DNA of 64,000 nt, taken from assembly GCA_051530055.1 (NCBI GenBank), contig CM121341.1, positions 4,938,784 through 5,002,783 on the forward strand, read 5' to 3'. Below, piece by piece: positions 40,348-53,203 of the stretch. How positions within the stretch are numbered: the first letter of the stretch is position 1; each line of letters begins with the position of its first letter. Origin of the DNA: Neoechinorhynchus agilis. Its lineage: Eukaryota; Animalia; Acanthocephala. The notes under the pieces are model-generated. The model had not been told where the DNA came from and did not search any database. It was given only the letters and a program-made list of their open reading frames with translations. The translations under genes were made by a program, and so were the position numbers.

Positions 40348-42040
40348 CGATTGTCGATTGATTTCTCAAACGCATTTGTACCTTTTCAATTGTTTTTATT
40401 TTAACAATTTAAGCGGCGATTTAGAACAAATGTTTATTAATGACTAATATTTCGGAGTTTTACTTCTTTAGAGTCCAACAAAACACAATTTATTGGTATC
40501 TTTAGGTTTGAAAATCGGTTGGCTAAACCGCCCATTTTATTAGTTGGACGATTGTCGATTGATTTCTCAAACGCATTTGTACCTTTTCAATTGTTTTTAT
40601 TTAAACAATTTAAGCGGCGATTTAGAACAAATGTTTATTAATGACTAATATTTCGGAGTTTTACTTCTTTAGAGTCCAACAAAACACAATTTATTGGTAT
40701 CTTTAGGTTTGAAAATCGGTTGGCTAAACCGCCCATTTTATTATTTGGACGATTGTCGATTGATTTCTCAAACGCATTTGTACCTTTTCAATTGTTTTTA
40801 TTTAAACAATTTAAGCGGCGATTAAGAACAAATGTTTATTAATGACTAATATTTCGGAGTTTTACTTCTTTAGAGTCCAACAAAACACAATTTATTGGTA
40901 TCTTTAGGTTTGAAAATCGGTTGGCTAAACCGCCCATTTTATTATTTGGACGATTGTCGATTGATTTCTCAAACGCATTTGTACCTTTTCAATTGTTTTT
41001 ATTTAAACAATTTAAGCGGCGATTAAAACAAATGTTTATTAATGACTAATATTTCGGAGTTTTACTTCTTTAGAGTCCAACAAAACACAATTTATTGGTA
41101 TCTTTAGGTTTGAAAATCGGTTGGCTAAACCGCCCATTTTATTATTTGGACGATTGTCGATTGATTTCTCAAACGCATTTGTACCTTTTCAATTGTTTTT
41201 ATTTAAACAATTTAAGCGGCGATTTAGAACAAATGTTTATTAATGACTAATATTTAGTTTTACTTCTTTAGAGTCCAACAAAACACAATTTATTGGTATC
41301 TTTAGGTTTGAAAATCGGTTGGCTAAACCGCCCATTTTATTAGTTGGACGATTGTCGATTGATTTCTCAAACGCATTTGTACCTTTTCAATTGTTTTTAT
41401 TTAAACAATTTAAGCGGCGATTTAGAACAAATGTTTATTAATGACTAATATTTCGGAGTTTTACTTCTTTAGAGTCCAACAAAACACAATTTATTGGTAT
41501 CTTTAGGTTTGAAAATCGGTTGGCTAAACCGCCCATTTTATTAGTTGGACGATTGTCGATTGATTTCTCAAACGCATTTGTACCTTTTCAATTGTTTTTA
41601 TTTAAACAATTTAAGCGGCGATTTAGAACAAATGTTTATTAATGACTAATATTTCGGAGTTTTACTTCTTTAGAGTCCAACAAAACACAATTTATTGGTA
41701 TCTTTAGGTTTGAAAATCGGTTGGCTAAACCGCCCATTTTATTAGTTGGACGATTGTCGATTGATTTCTCAAACGCATTTGTACCTTTTCAATTGTTTTT
41801 ATTTTAACAATTTAAGCGGCGATTAAGAACAAATGTTTATTAATGACTAATATTTCGGAGTTTTACTTCTATTTAGAGTCCAACAAAACACAATTTATTG
41901 GTATCTTTAGGTTTGAAAATCGGTTGGCTAAACCGCCCATTTTATTATTTGGACGATTGTCGATTGATTTCTCAAACGCATTTGTACCTTTTCAATTGTT
42001 TTTATTTAAACAATTTAAGCGGCGATTAAGAACAAATGTT
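40348..42040. repeat. Tandem array, ~8.5 x ~201 bp, just 3' of GMPPB
   Basis: attgtcgatt recurs at 40350, 40551, 40752, 40953, 41153, 41351, 41552, 41753 and 41956. Confidence 0.95.
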
Positions 42041-43385
42041 TCTTAGTATTTTTGGTTTGATTAAAACGGACATCGGCAGTTCTCAGAACTAAAATCACCG
42101 AGTGCGAGCGATCACAAGAAACATCGATGGATATTGTTCAATGATTTGCAATAAACCGAGTTTTTCGGCACTAGTCAGTCAGCGGCCGTTGAACGAAACA
42201 AATCAGTCCTTAGTTTGAATGTTTGAAATGAGAAACTGACTTTTCTTCGGACACAAATTCGACGCTAAACTATTCATGTTCATAGAAAACTTTTAAATTT
42301 TATCAAAGTTTAATTGGAAGCCTTCCTGTTCACTAAACCGCATTTGTTTTCAGTCCGAGAAATCGCGGGTCTATAGCTAAAGTGCAAGGTGAGAAATTCA
42401 ACTTTTGTTTATTAAGATTTGGCTGGAGAATTATACTTATTCAAACAACATTATTATGTTTTTTTCAGTGATATTTTCTCTATTTTTAAATGGGAATCAT
42501 TCGCATTTGGGTTCTAATGCATCCCAGAAATTTCGGTAAATATTGCGTCTTTTCCGTTGATTCAAAATTACTAAATCTACTTTTAAGAAAATATCAAAAG
42601 GGAGTAATCTTTTTAGATAACCCGTAGCTCTTAACTTCATAAAATATTGACCGATTTCTTGGGCACACAGCCAAATGATTTGAGTCTGGGATACCGCCGA
42701 AGGAGGTCGACGGTATTTCGTCCCTAATTCAAACTAATTTAAAATATATGAAAAGGACGGTCCCGAGCCCTGCTGAAAAAGGAGGAAGTTTGGCGTTAGG
42801 AAAATTCTTGCTAAATTTTGATCCAAATGACATCTAACAAACGAATCTACGACGCGGCGGGAAATCGTTTACGAGGAAGGCTAAGGAAACGATGATTAGA
42901 TTGCATCAAACAGAATAAATTGGCTGTCGAGGGAACCGCAACCTTTCTCGAGAGAGCGAGAAATGCGTGAATGAGAAGATGTTAATTTACTCATTCGCTT
43001 AATCACAAAATCAATTTGATATTTACAATTCACCGAATGATTTTATAAAGCTGAGGAAGCATCATAATTCCTTCCCGGATATCTGTGTTGTGAGATCCTT
43101 TTCCTGAGTCCTGTTTGATGTGTCCTAAGAGCTAAACAAGGATAACAGGGCTGATAGGGAGTTTTTGGGTTACCCGGGATTCGAAATCAATTTCCAATCG
43201 ATCTGTAAAATGTTTTCACTTAAATAATGGTAATCTAGAATACGAATTAAAAAACACGTCAATCGCACTCGTAAAAAGTTGGCTTTTGACCATATTCGTA
43301 AAATGTAATTTTGATAACAAAAAATGGTACGCTGATGTGAAAGGTTCCTCAGAGGTGTTATAGTATTGCTGAGGTTATTCCTACT

Positions 43386-43589
43386 CTCCGGACAATAAAG
43401 ATATTGATTTATTGCGATATTTCGTTGGACAAATCCAGCATTCTCAAGCATTAATCCAAAATTAAATTTCAAAAATTACGAATTAAAAATCGTTACAAAT
43501 TTTTGAAGTTTAATTTTGGATTAATGCTTTAGAATGCCGGATTTGCCAAGCGAAATATCGCAATAAATCAATATCTTTATTGTCCGGAG
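43386..43589. repeat. Foldback hairpin, ~85-bp arms
   Basis: ctccggacaataaagatattgatttattgcgatatttcg... / ...cgaaatatcgcaataaatcaatatctttattgtccggag. Confidence 0.9.
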
Positions 43590-43729
43590 CAAAACAAATA
43601 TCGTCATGTAAGAAAAAGATCAATATTTGAGTTTGGAAAAATGTTTCATTGAGAGATCGCGAAGGATTAGGAAGTATAAAAAGGTTTCAGTGGAATATTT
43701 TCTTTTGGTAGTTATATTATTTGTATGAA

Positions 43730-45725
43730 TATTTATGAGTAACACTTTTTCGGACATGAACTCATTCACACCACCGCCTTTCTGGATCACTCCGGAGCCG
43801 TCCTGGTGTAACGGTCGAATGGAAGGCAGCGTTCCTCCTCTTTGCTGGGGCAGACTTATGTTTTGTAGGAGGATTGCTCCTGATCTCGGATCGCCAGTGA
43901 TTCGTCTAAGTTTATTCGGTACCAAACAATAATGATTTCGACCTAAATCCCGGTATTTTGTCTTTTTTGCGGTCCTTGGCGGCCTCAGATTCCGACATTT
44001 CCCCAAAGTTTCTCACAGTCGGTTAGATTTATTAATTTACTTTTTATGAGTAACACTTTTTCGGACATGAAATCATTCACACCACCGCCTTTCTGGATCA
44101 CTCCGGAGCCGTCCTGGTGTAACGGTCGAATGGAAGGCAGCGTTCCTCCTCTTTGCTGGGGCAGACTTATGTTTTGTAGGAGGATTGCTCCTGATCTCGG
44201 ATCGCCAGTGATTCGTCTAAGTTTATTCGGTACCAAACGACCCGAGTGTCTCGACGCCAAAGAGAACGAAATAATGATTTCGACCTAAATCCCGGTATTT
44301 TGTCTTTTTTGCGGTCCTTGGCGGCCTCAGATTCCGACATTTCCCCAAAGTTTCTCACAGTCGGTTAGATTTATTAATTTACTTTTTATGAGTAACACTT
44401 TTTCGGACATGAAATCATTCACACCACCGCCTTTCTGGATCACTCCGGAGCCGTCCTGGTGTAACGGTCGAATGGAAGGCAGCGTTCCTCCTCGTTGCTG
44501 GGGCAGACTTATGTTTTGTAGGAGGATTGCTCCTGATCTCGGATCGCCAGTGATTCGTCTAAGTTTATTCGGTACCAAACGACCCGAGTGTCTCGACCCC
44601 AAAGAGAACTAAATAATGATTTCGACCTAAATCCCGGTATTTTGTCTTTTTTGCGGTCCTTGGCGGCCTCAGATTCCGACATTTCCACAAAGTTTCTCAC
44701 AGTCGGTTAGATTTATTAATTTACTTTTTATGAGTAACACTTTTTCGGACATGAAATCATTCACACCACCGCCTTTCTGGATCACTCCGGAGCCGTCCTG
44801 GTGTAACGGTCGAATGGAAGGCAGCGTTCCTCCTCGTTGCTGGGGCAGACTTATGTTTTGTAGGAGGATTGCTCCTGATCTCGGATCGCCAGTGATTCGT
44901 CTAGTTTATTCGGTACCAAACGACCCGAGTGTCTCGACCCCAAAGAGAACTAAATAATGATTTCGACCTAAATCCCGGTATTTTGTCTTTTTGCGGTCCT
45001 TGGCGGCCTCAGATTCCGACATTTCCACAAAGTTTACAGTCGGTTAGATTTATTAATTTACTTTTTATGAGTAACACTTTTCGGACATGAACTCATTCAC
45101 ACCACCGCCTTTCGATCACTCCGGAGCCGTCCTGGTGTAACGTCGAATGGAAGGCAGCGTTCCTCCTTTGCTGGGGCAGACTTATGTTTTGTAGAGGATT
45201 GCTCCTGATCTCATGCCAGTGATTCGTCTAAGTTTATTCGGTACCAAACGACCCGAGTGTCTCGACCCCAAAGAGAACTAAATAATGATTTCGACCTAAA
45301 TCCCGGTATTTTGTCTTTTTTGCGGTCCTTGGCGGCCTCAGATTCCGACATTTCCACAAAGTTTCTCACAGTCGGTTAGATTTATTAATTTACTTTTTAT
45401 GAGTAACACTTTTTCGGACATGAAATCATTCACACCACCGCCTTTCTGGATCACTCCGGAGCCGTCCTGGTGTAACGGTCGAATGGAAGGCAGCGTTCCT
45501 CCTCTTTGCTGGGGCAGACTTATGTTTTGTAGGAGGATTGCTCCTGATCTCGGATCGCCAGTGATTCGTCTAAGTTTATTCGGTACAAAACGACCTGAGT
45601 GTCTCGACGCCAAAGAGAACGAAATAATGATTTCGACCTAAATCCCGGTATTTTGTCTTTTTACGTTCCTCAGCGGCCTCAGATTCCGACATTTCCACAA
45701 AGTTTCTCACAGTCGGTTAGATTTA
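43730..45725 (-). repeat. Tandem array, ~6 x ~342 bp, carrying a CRE endonuclease-region fragment
   Basis: The minus strand reads AAKDRKK(T)KYRDLGRNHYFVLFGVETLGSFGTE...KLRRITGDPRSGAILLQNIS...QRG(N)AA, allowing frameshifts. Confidence 0.9.
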
Positions 45726-46049
45726 TTAATTTACTTTTTTATAAAGAAGAATTATAATAATTGATTTATTTTATAACTTTCGGCCTTCGCGTAGGCCGCC
45801 TTCAGTCCATTGTTTTCGAAAAAAAGTCAAGACAGAGCTCGCTCGAATTTTTTCCTTCGAAAACAATCTATTGAAGAAGACCTACGTGAAGGCTCAAAGA
45901 TGTATTAATAAAGATCGCACTCTCCTAACAGCTCTACAATCCACATTCCTATTGACTACCATAGAACATGATGATGATTGGCCAAAAATGGCACGGCCTC
46001 TATTGGAAAGTGTTACGTCCAAAATAAAAGCCAATCTGAGAAACTATTG

Positions 46050-46663
46050 GAAAATCAGTTCTTAAGATGAAATCATCAAACGAATGTCCGCTCTAATTGT
46101 AGCTGTCCAAGGATCCGAATGCGGATGGCTCGTTGAAATACCGGGGAAATAAATCGGTGAACCCTTCCCCCCCCCGATTGCCTCAAAGGATTTTCTCTTG
46201 TTGACTTTATTTTTACTCAATACCTTCGTTGAATTCGTTTAACTCGAGCCATCCTTTGAGAAACCCTTGGGACTGTATTTGATGTGAGTTTCTTTAACAA
46301 TTCCAGAGCTCCTTGACAAACACCGATTGAATCCACGTCTTTGAGAGTTTTGTATGTAATCGTTCTCACACCGTCACTTTCCTTTAGGTCTTCAGTTCCA
46401 TTTTGCTCCACGATACTCGACAAGAGCTTACTCTGCACTTGTTCCTGCGCTTCCAATCTTTGAGATGAAATAGATTCAAAATATCGTTTGTATTGAATTC
46501 GACGCCGACGACGATCGCTCCGTTTCTCATTTATTTCTACGTTATTTTGCTGATCGGATTTCGGGTGAAGAACTGCTTTTCGAAGATTCGTCTTTAGTGC
46601 TCGCGTATCAATTCGACTTTTAAGTGCATTCTTATTTTTCCGCTGTGAAATTTTGTCCTTCAT
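46050..46663 (-). CDS. Basic nucleolar-type protein, possibly SLX9/FAM207A-like; last exon uncertain
   Basis: KSRIDTRALKTNL...KRSDRRRRRIQYKRYFESI...VCQGALELL loosely follows the FAM207A layout. ATG follows ttctag. Confidence 0.35.
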
Positions 46664-47098
46664 TGTCTAGAATTCGGATAAATACAGAAGATCAAGTAAT
46701 TTAACAAGGCCGTAACGACTCGTTTGAAGGGTCCAATAATTTAATATTCTCAAACGCTTAAATTAATTTCTTACGATTAGGTTATTATCAATATCGAAAT
46801 TGTTTTTTTTGGACTTATCAATTTTGAAATTAGAATTTTCTGTCAATTTTTTTAATGCTGAATACAAAATAAGAATCAATGTAAAGAAATTCTTAGTTTT
46901 CTCGAGAATTAAAGTCAGCCATTTTGCGATTTTCGCTTTTTTTTCACATTTATAAAACTTAGACTTCAAGCCGAATAATGCAAAAAAAATCCAGATCAAA
47001 AAAATTGAAACTGTAGCCTCCCGGTGTATTTGGATCATATGAACCGAGTTAGAAGATTCTAAAAATGATTTCTGATGATGATCGGCAAAGTAAAGTGT

Positions 47099-48011
47099 TT
47101 AATCAGAATCTTCAAATACGATTCGCGTTGGTTTAGGCGATTTAGCTTCGAAGGTTTTCTTCATTTCATTAAACTTTCCCCTTTGCTGATCATAGAAATC
47201 TTTTCTTCGCTTTACCCATTCTTCCTTCAGTAAACCTCGATATGGAATCGATTTCTCAAATATGTCTGAATCAATGCCATCATCATCGTTCTTAACATGC
47301 AATTTTCTTTTCATGGCACAATATTGCTTGTTGCCTCTAGGAAATATGCCTTTGGCCGGTCCATTAATCTTCATTCTTCCCAAAGCGTCCAGAGTAGCAT
47401 TCGTGTTAGAGAACTCTACAAATGCAAATCCTCTTTGATGACAGCAATTTACTTTAAGAACGGTAAGGGTTTTTAGGTTTAAAAATAAATAAAAAAATTG
47501 TATTTCGCATTATGTAACCAATCAGAACTCGAGTGTTAATGAGGACCAAAAGGATTTAAAATTGCCGTCAATCTTTCATACTTTCTTGAGTACTTTTATA
47601 CTTTGGTAGGCTAACATACACAACTGGTCCAATTTTAGAAAAGCATTCCTTTACTGTTTCTAAGGACATTGCTTTTCGGATTTCACGGTTACAGCCTTCA
47701 ACATAAATAGTGCAAGAATCAACCTCTTCTTGATTTTTCTCGGTATACTTTTCAACTCTACTGATCGTAGAATCAATCACTTTCACTTTCGAAGAAGTCT
47801 CGAGCGCCTTTTTGACATCGTCCATCGTTGCTTTTAGCTCTTTCATTCGATTAAAGTCATTGATCATTTCGGGAATGGAAATCGACCAGCAACCGGATTC
47901 TAGGATTTCCCTTATATGCCGATTCTTTGAGATGTTTGCGTCTGACAAGTAAAACTCGATTTGATCACGAATCTTTTTGAGGCGATCGTCATCGGGCAAA
48001 TCAGAGGACAT
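47099..48011 (-). CDS. LARP7: La-related protein 7-like (La motif + RRM1), short
   Basis: QIEFYLSDANISK; TIYVE; VVYVSLPKYKST...GFAFVEF; GIFPR; LLKEEWVKRRKDF. One intron at ~47432-47581. Confidence 0.8.
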
Positions 48012-48089
48012 CTCTAAAATATTATATGAAAAACATAAATTTAAAACCATTAAGTTTTGGCGACTTTCAACGGTTAAATTTGAGTTGTA

Positions 48090-48578
48090 GTGATCATAAA
48101 TCCTCAGCCGAATAAAAAAATATTGAGATCTATCGAAAGAGAAAACCTATCCTAAAAACATCTTCAACTTTATCATCCTGAAGGATTTTCTCTTGATAAT
48201 CAATAGAAGAAATCATCAAGAGAAAATCCTTCGGGATGATAAAGTTGGAGATGTTTTTAGGATAGGTTTTCTCTTTCGATAGATCTCAATATTTTTTTGA
48301 TTTTCTCTTGATGATTTCTTCTATTGATCATCAATAGAAAATCCTTAGGAAGAGTTGGTTCCAGCCGAATAAAAAAATATTGAGATCTATCGAAAGAGGA
48401 AACCTCTCCTAAAAACATCTTCAACTTTATCTTCCTGAAGGATTTTCTCTTGATGATTTCTTCTATTGATTATCAATAGAAAATCCTTAGGAAGAGTTGG
48501 TTCCAGCCGAATAAAAAATATTGAGATCTTTCTAGGGAAACATCTCAATATTTTTATCCGGCCGAGGATTATGATCAC
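48090..48578. mobile_element. TIR/foldback element with internal palindrome and tandem duplication
   Basis: gtgatcataaatcctcagccgaataaaaaaatattgagat / atctcaatatttttatccggccgaggattatgatcac. Shares gaaaatccttc(a/g)gg with the GMPPB-intron element. Confidence 0.8.
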
Positions 48579-48993
48579 CACATAAGCAACTCTTCCTTAG
48601 GATTTTCTTTTGATGATTTAATCGACGATTCGTTCTAGAGATCTACCGAAAACATTTAGTCCAAAATCTATAAAGATAGTCGAGGAAACGCTTTTCTTTT
48701 TGATTAACACGAAAAAGACAAAGCGTACAACGGTTTTTCGCTTTACAGCATCGAAAATCCGCTAACAAAAAAATTAACCAATTTCCCAAGATCAATGACG
48801 ATTATGACCGCCATAATAAGAATTCTTCCGAGGAAAAGAGACTAAGAGTCATGACGAAATTTACAATTTTTTTTCATCTCTCACTTCCAATCTGTTTATT
48901 GGTCTTGAGAAGTTAAATCTTTAGTCTAATTCGCGTTATGTTTTATGCTCTTTCAAGGATCTTTAGAATTCTCGAAAATGTTTCCTTTTTTTC

Positions 48994-49623
48994 AAACTTG
49001 TCTACATACCGTATTCTGAAGATGAAATTGATTTATCGACCGAGAAAATCCTTCGGGTTAGTCAAAGTAACCGGTGATAGCACATTTGATTTATTGGAGA
49101 TCAACGTCGATAGAAGCGTACAAGATTGCTCCTCATTCTCCAAAATCAATTTTTATTCACTAAATCTATAATGAATTATTTTATTTCCAATCAATCAAAT
49201 GTGCCATTACCGGGATTATCACCAAAATAATATTTAGGTGAATTTATTGAATCTTTGTTTCGGCTCAATCAAAAGCCTTTATCAAGATTGTTTAAAAGTT
49301 TTTTTTCCAACTGTGAATGTGTGGATCGAGCCGAAATAAAGATTCAATAAATTTACCTAAATTTTATCGTATTCAAAACCAAAAAAACGTATTTAATGTA
49401 TCTTCTACAAATGTGCCGACTTTATAATGAAAAACAAATAATTCATTATAGATTTAGTGAATAAAAATTGATTTTGGAGAATGAGGAGCAATCTTGTACG
49501 CTTCTATCGACGTTGATCTCCAATAAATCAAATGTGCCATTACCGGTTACTTTGACTAACCCGAAGGATTTTCTCGGTCGATAAATCAATTTCATCTTTA
49601 GAATACGGTATGTAGACAAGTTT
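48994..49623. repeat. Nested foldback: ~185-bp outer arms plus an inner hairpin at 49233-49362
   Basis: aaacttgtctacataccgtattc... / ...gaatacggtatgtagacaagttt; inner arms gaatctttgtttcggctc / gagccgaaataaagattc. Confidence 0.9.
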
Positions 49624-49652
49624 AAAAAAAGGGGAAGATCGCTTTAATTTAG

Positions 49653-50390
49653 GCAATTAAGTAAGATCCGCAACAGCGATTTTTCAATCCTTGAAAATTT
49701 CCATATCGCCCTCGGATGGGAGGTTTTACAACGCGTCCAGAAAACAATTTTCTTCATAGATTAAACGAAAAGGAATTCAATGAGATCAAAACGAATACCA
49801 TCGAAATTGTTTTAGCCACTGATGTTAGCGACCATAAGGCAGCTGTAGAAGATTTCAAGGCAAAGGTGAATTTTGGAACTATTTTATATAATTTCGATTG
49901 GAAATCGAAACAAAATCGACTTGATATGCTAAAAATGACAATAAGGATGGCGGATGGAGGGACGCCATGCAAACCATGGAACATATATAAAAGATAGGCG
50001 AAAGCCGTACAAGAAGAGTTTTATCTCCAGGTATTGTTAATTTCTCACTAATTTCAACATTAGAAAAACTCACAATGTTTTAACACTTTACAGGGCGATA
50101 AAGAAAAAAAAATTAGGTATGGATGTCACAACGAATTTCGATAGAGGAAGAGTGAATGAATTAGAAGTTCCGATAAAGTTCATCAAGTTTTCAACTTTAC
50201 AAACCCTGGAAATTCAATTTCTCACTGATTTCAACATTAGGAAGACGAAACCATTACTTGGATTCAGGACAAGGTAAAGATAGTTCAGTCCACAGAGCAA
50301 CTTGGGCGTGATTTAAGTGGAATCATGACAATGCAGAGGCGACTGTCCGGTATTGAGCGTGATTTGGGGGCCATTCAAATTAATCATTGA
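49653..50390 (+). pseudogene. Cyclic-nucleotide phosphodiesterase catalytic domain, C-terminal half only, with a frameshift near 49735
   Basis: SILENFH...EIVLATDVSDH...LKMTIRMADGGTPCKPW..Y.RWA..VQEEFYLQGDKEK...; no upstream HD motif found. Confidence 0.6.
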
Positions 50391-51562
50391 ATGTTTTTTG
50401 CCCTTAAATTGTTTATTGTGTTTTTCTTCTATTAAACCAATTTTTACTTTTAGTTCGAAATGGAAAATTTAAAATATGAGATCAAAATTCATACTCAAAT
50501 GAGAATAATTTCGGTGATTTTTATTCCGGCTCGTTAAAAATGAGTCATTAATGGTTTTTTGCCTTTAAATTGTTTATTGTGTTTTTCTTCTATTTTGCGA
50601 ATTTTTACTTTTTATTGAAACTAAAAAAATAGAAGATCAAAATTCATACTCAGATGAGAATAATTTCGGTGATTTTTATTCCGGCTCGTTAAGAATAAGT
50701 CATTAATGTTTTTTGCCTTTAAATTGTTTATTGTGTTTTTCTTCTATTTAACGAATTTTTACTTTTTATTGAAACTAAAAAAATTGAAGATCAAAATTCA
50801 TACTCAGATGAGAATAATTTCGGTGATTTTTATTCCGGCTCGTTAAAAATAAGTCATTAATGTTTTTTGCCTTTAAATTGTTTATTGTGTTTTTCTTCTA
50901 TTTAGCGAATTTTTACTTTTTATTGAAACTAAAAAAATTTAAAATATGAGATCAAAATTCATACTCAGATGAGAATAATTTCGGTGATTTTTATTCCGGC
51001 TCGTTAAAAATAAGTCATTAATGTTTTTTGCCTTTAAATTGTTTATTGTGTTTTTCTTCTATTTAGCGAATTTTTACTTTTTATTGAAGCTAAAAAATTT
51101 AAAATATGAGATCAAAATTCATACTCAGATGAGAATAATTTTGGTGATTTTTATTCCGGCTCGTTAAGAATAAGTCATTAATGTTTTTTGCCTTTAAATT
51201 GTTTATTGTGTTTTTCTTCTATTTTGCGAATTTTTACTTTTTATTGAGACTAAAAAAATTTAAAATATGAGATCAAAATTCATACTCAGATGAGAATAAT
51301 TTCGGTGATTTTTATTCCGGCTCGTTAAAAATAAGTCATTAATGTTTTTTGCCTTTAAATTGTTTATTGTGTTTTTCTTCTATTTAGCGAATTTTTACTT
51401 TTTATTGAGACTAAAAAAATTTAAAATATGAGATCAAAATTCATACTCAGATGAGAATAATTTCGGTGATTTTTATTCTGGCTCGTTAAAAATGAGTCAT
51501 TAATGGTTTTTTGCCTTTAAATTGTTTATTGTGTTTTTCTTCTATTTAGCGAATTTTTACTT
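50385..51562. repeat. Tandem array, ~7.5 x 154-161 bp, starting at the PDE stop codon
   Basis: atcaaaattc recurs at 50481, 50636, 50790, 50951, 51111, 51272 and 51433. Confidence 0.95.
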
Positions 51563-51656
51563 TTAAATAGAATTAAAACAGAAATTAAGTACTTAAAAAT
51601 CGATTTTTTTGTTCAATATTAACGAGGCAAACGTTTTTGATTTCACTTTTTTTCAG

Positions 51657-52510
51657 ATGTCATTCAACACCGCTGATCACGAAGGAGGAGGTGTCATTTT
51701 ATTTAACGGTGAAAGGTAACCGAACGCATCTTTTTTTGTTCAACGTTTAATCGGCATTTAGGATTATTATTTACCATAAACACGTGAAATTGGCCATAAA
51801 AGCCAATCCAATCACTGATTTGTTCGGACCATCCGAGGAGCTTTCGGAATGCAGCGTCTATCTTACGACTCATCGAGTAAATTTTCTCATATAATTGATA
51901 AAATAATGGTTGAATACTTCAAAGGTTATCGCTATCAACGAAAAGCAGAAAAAGAATCCAATTGTTCGATCGATGTCGATTCCATTTACATCGATTAAAG
52001 ATATTAGTGTGGAACAACCAATGTTCTCGGCCAACTACGTTTCCGCTGTTGTCCAATCTGAATCGCAAAACAGTCAAATATTTGATATCCGTTTATCGTT
52101 TAGCAGAGGCGGTGCGATCGAATTCAGTAAAGCTTTTAGAATGGCTGTTCAGATCGGTAAGATGAATGAAATCAAGTTTTTTTTTAAAAAACCCCCCCAT
52201 TAATCTCGGCCTAGCGAATTCAAATGCTCATTCGTTTTTCCAAGCTCAACCTTTCTATTCAATGAATGTACCGAACTGCACTTCCGCTCAAGGAATGAAC
52301 TACGTTTACGTTGTTCCGGCAGGACAATTCAATTGGGTACCGTCGAATGTATTCAATGATAGACCAAATGCAAATGAGATCTTTGTCGCTGATAATCCTC
52401 CACCCTATCCAGGACTGGCTGATCCACCCAAATACGATGAGGCGGTTAAAAAGGGGTCACCTCCGCCATACTCGGAAAATCAAGAAGGTCCAGAGAAAAA
52501 GCGAAAGTGA
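51657..52510 (+). CDS. WBP2: WW-domain binding protein 2 (GRAM domain + PPxY motifs)
   Basis: MSFNTADHEGGGVILFNGE; VYLTTHRV; VEQPMFSANY; FSRGGAIEF; PPPYPG, PPKY, PPPY. Three introns. Confidence 0.92.
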
Positions 52511-52809
52511 GAGTCGAACGAAGTGAAAACATTGAATGTAGTCGTGAAAGCTTTAAATTATCACGAGTGGTAATCGGTTCGTTTCATTTGGTATTAGGAT
52601 GATCGAAATTCGCTTAAAAAATATCGACTTCGTTTTTGGCGCAAAAAAATAAGCATTGCGGTGCAGCGGGGCAATGCGGCCAGCGCCGATGAATAGGAGC
52701 GTTGAAGAAACTATAAATATAGAATCAAAACTAAAATGTTTTTTTAAATCGAAAATTTCACAAGCTATTTTCGAACTCAATGTTCAATTCTTGACAACTG
52801 TTTTTTAAG

Positions 52810-53199
52810 ATGATTAATAATTTGTCAAAAAGACTAGTTCGTACGCTTTGCCAATCTCGAACATTGGCCAACGCTATTGAGGATCGGCTGAGAGCCGGAC
52901 TAAAGGGGCCGATTGAATACCTATCAGTAATTGATATTTCCGGTATAATGCAATAATCGAATTGAATCTAACTTGACAAACTGAAAGGTGGATGCGGAGC
53001 ATCGTTTGGTATTGTTGTACGATCTCCAGAGTTCAATGATCAATCGATGATTATGCAACATAGAAAGATAAATCAAGTATGTGATGGGATTAATATCGAT
53101 ATTTTTATTTTAAAAATTTAGCTCGTCAATGAAGTTACTGATGGCAAGACACATGCAATAAGAATAGATTCTGGAGGTGTGTTAGATGGAACGAAATAA
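52810..53199 (+). CDS. BOLA3: BolA-like protein 3, three exons (absent from the ORF track)
   Basis: Spliced translation MINNLSKRLVRTLCQSRTLANAIEDRLRAGLKGPIEYLSVIDISGGCGASFGIVVRSPEFNDQSMIMQHRKINQLVNEVTDGKTHAIRIDS; DISGGCG is the BOLA3 signature. Confidence 0.9.
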
Positions 53200-53203
53200 G
53201 AAA

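Noticed and set aside
42050-43230. Exon-like fragments, possibly linked to ORF 45871-46065
   Set aside because: No coherent spliced frame or recognisable motif was found.
44985-45260. One highly divergent array unit as a biological variant
   Set aside because: Scattered 1-2 nt deletions look like uncorrected long-read error.
43620-45641. Repeated ORFs (MSNTFSDM..., MASRHSG...)
   Set aside because: Products of the 342-bp array; only frameshifted CRE remnants are meaningful.
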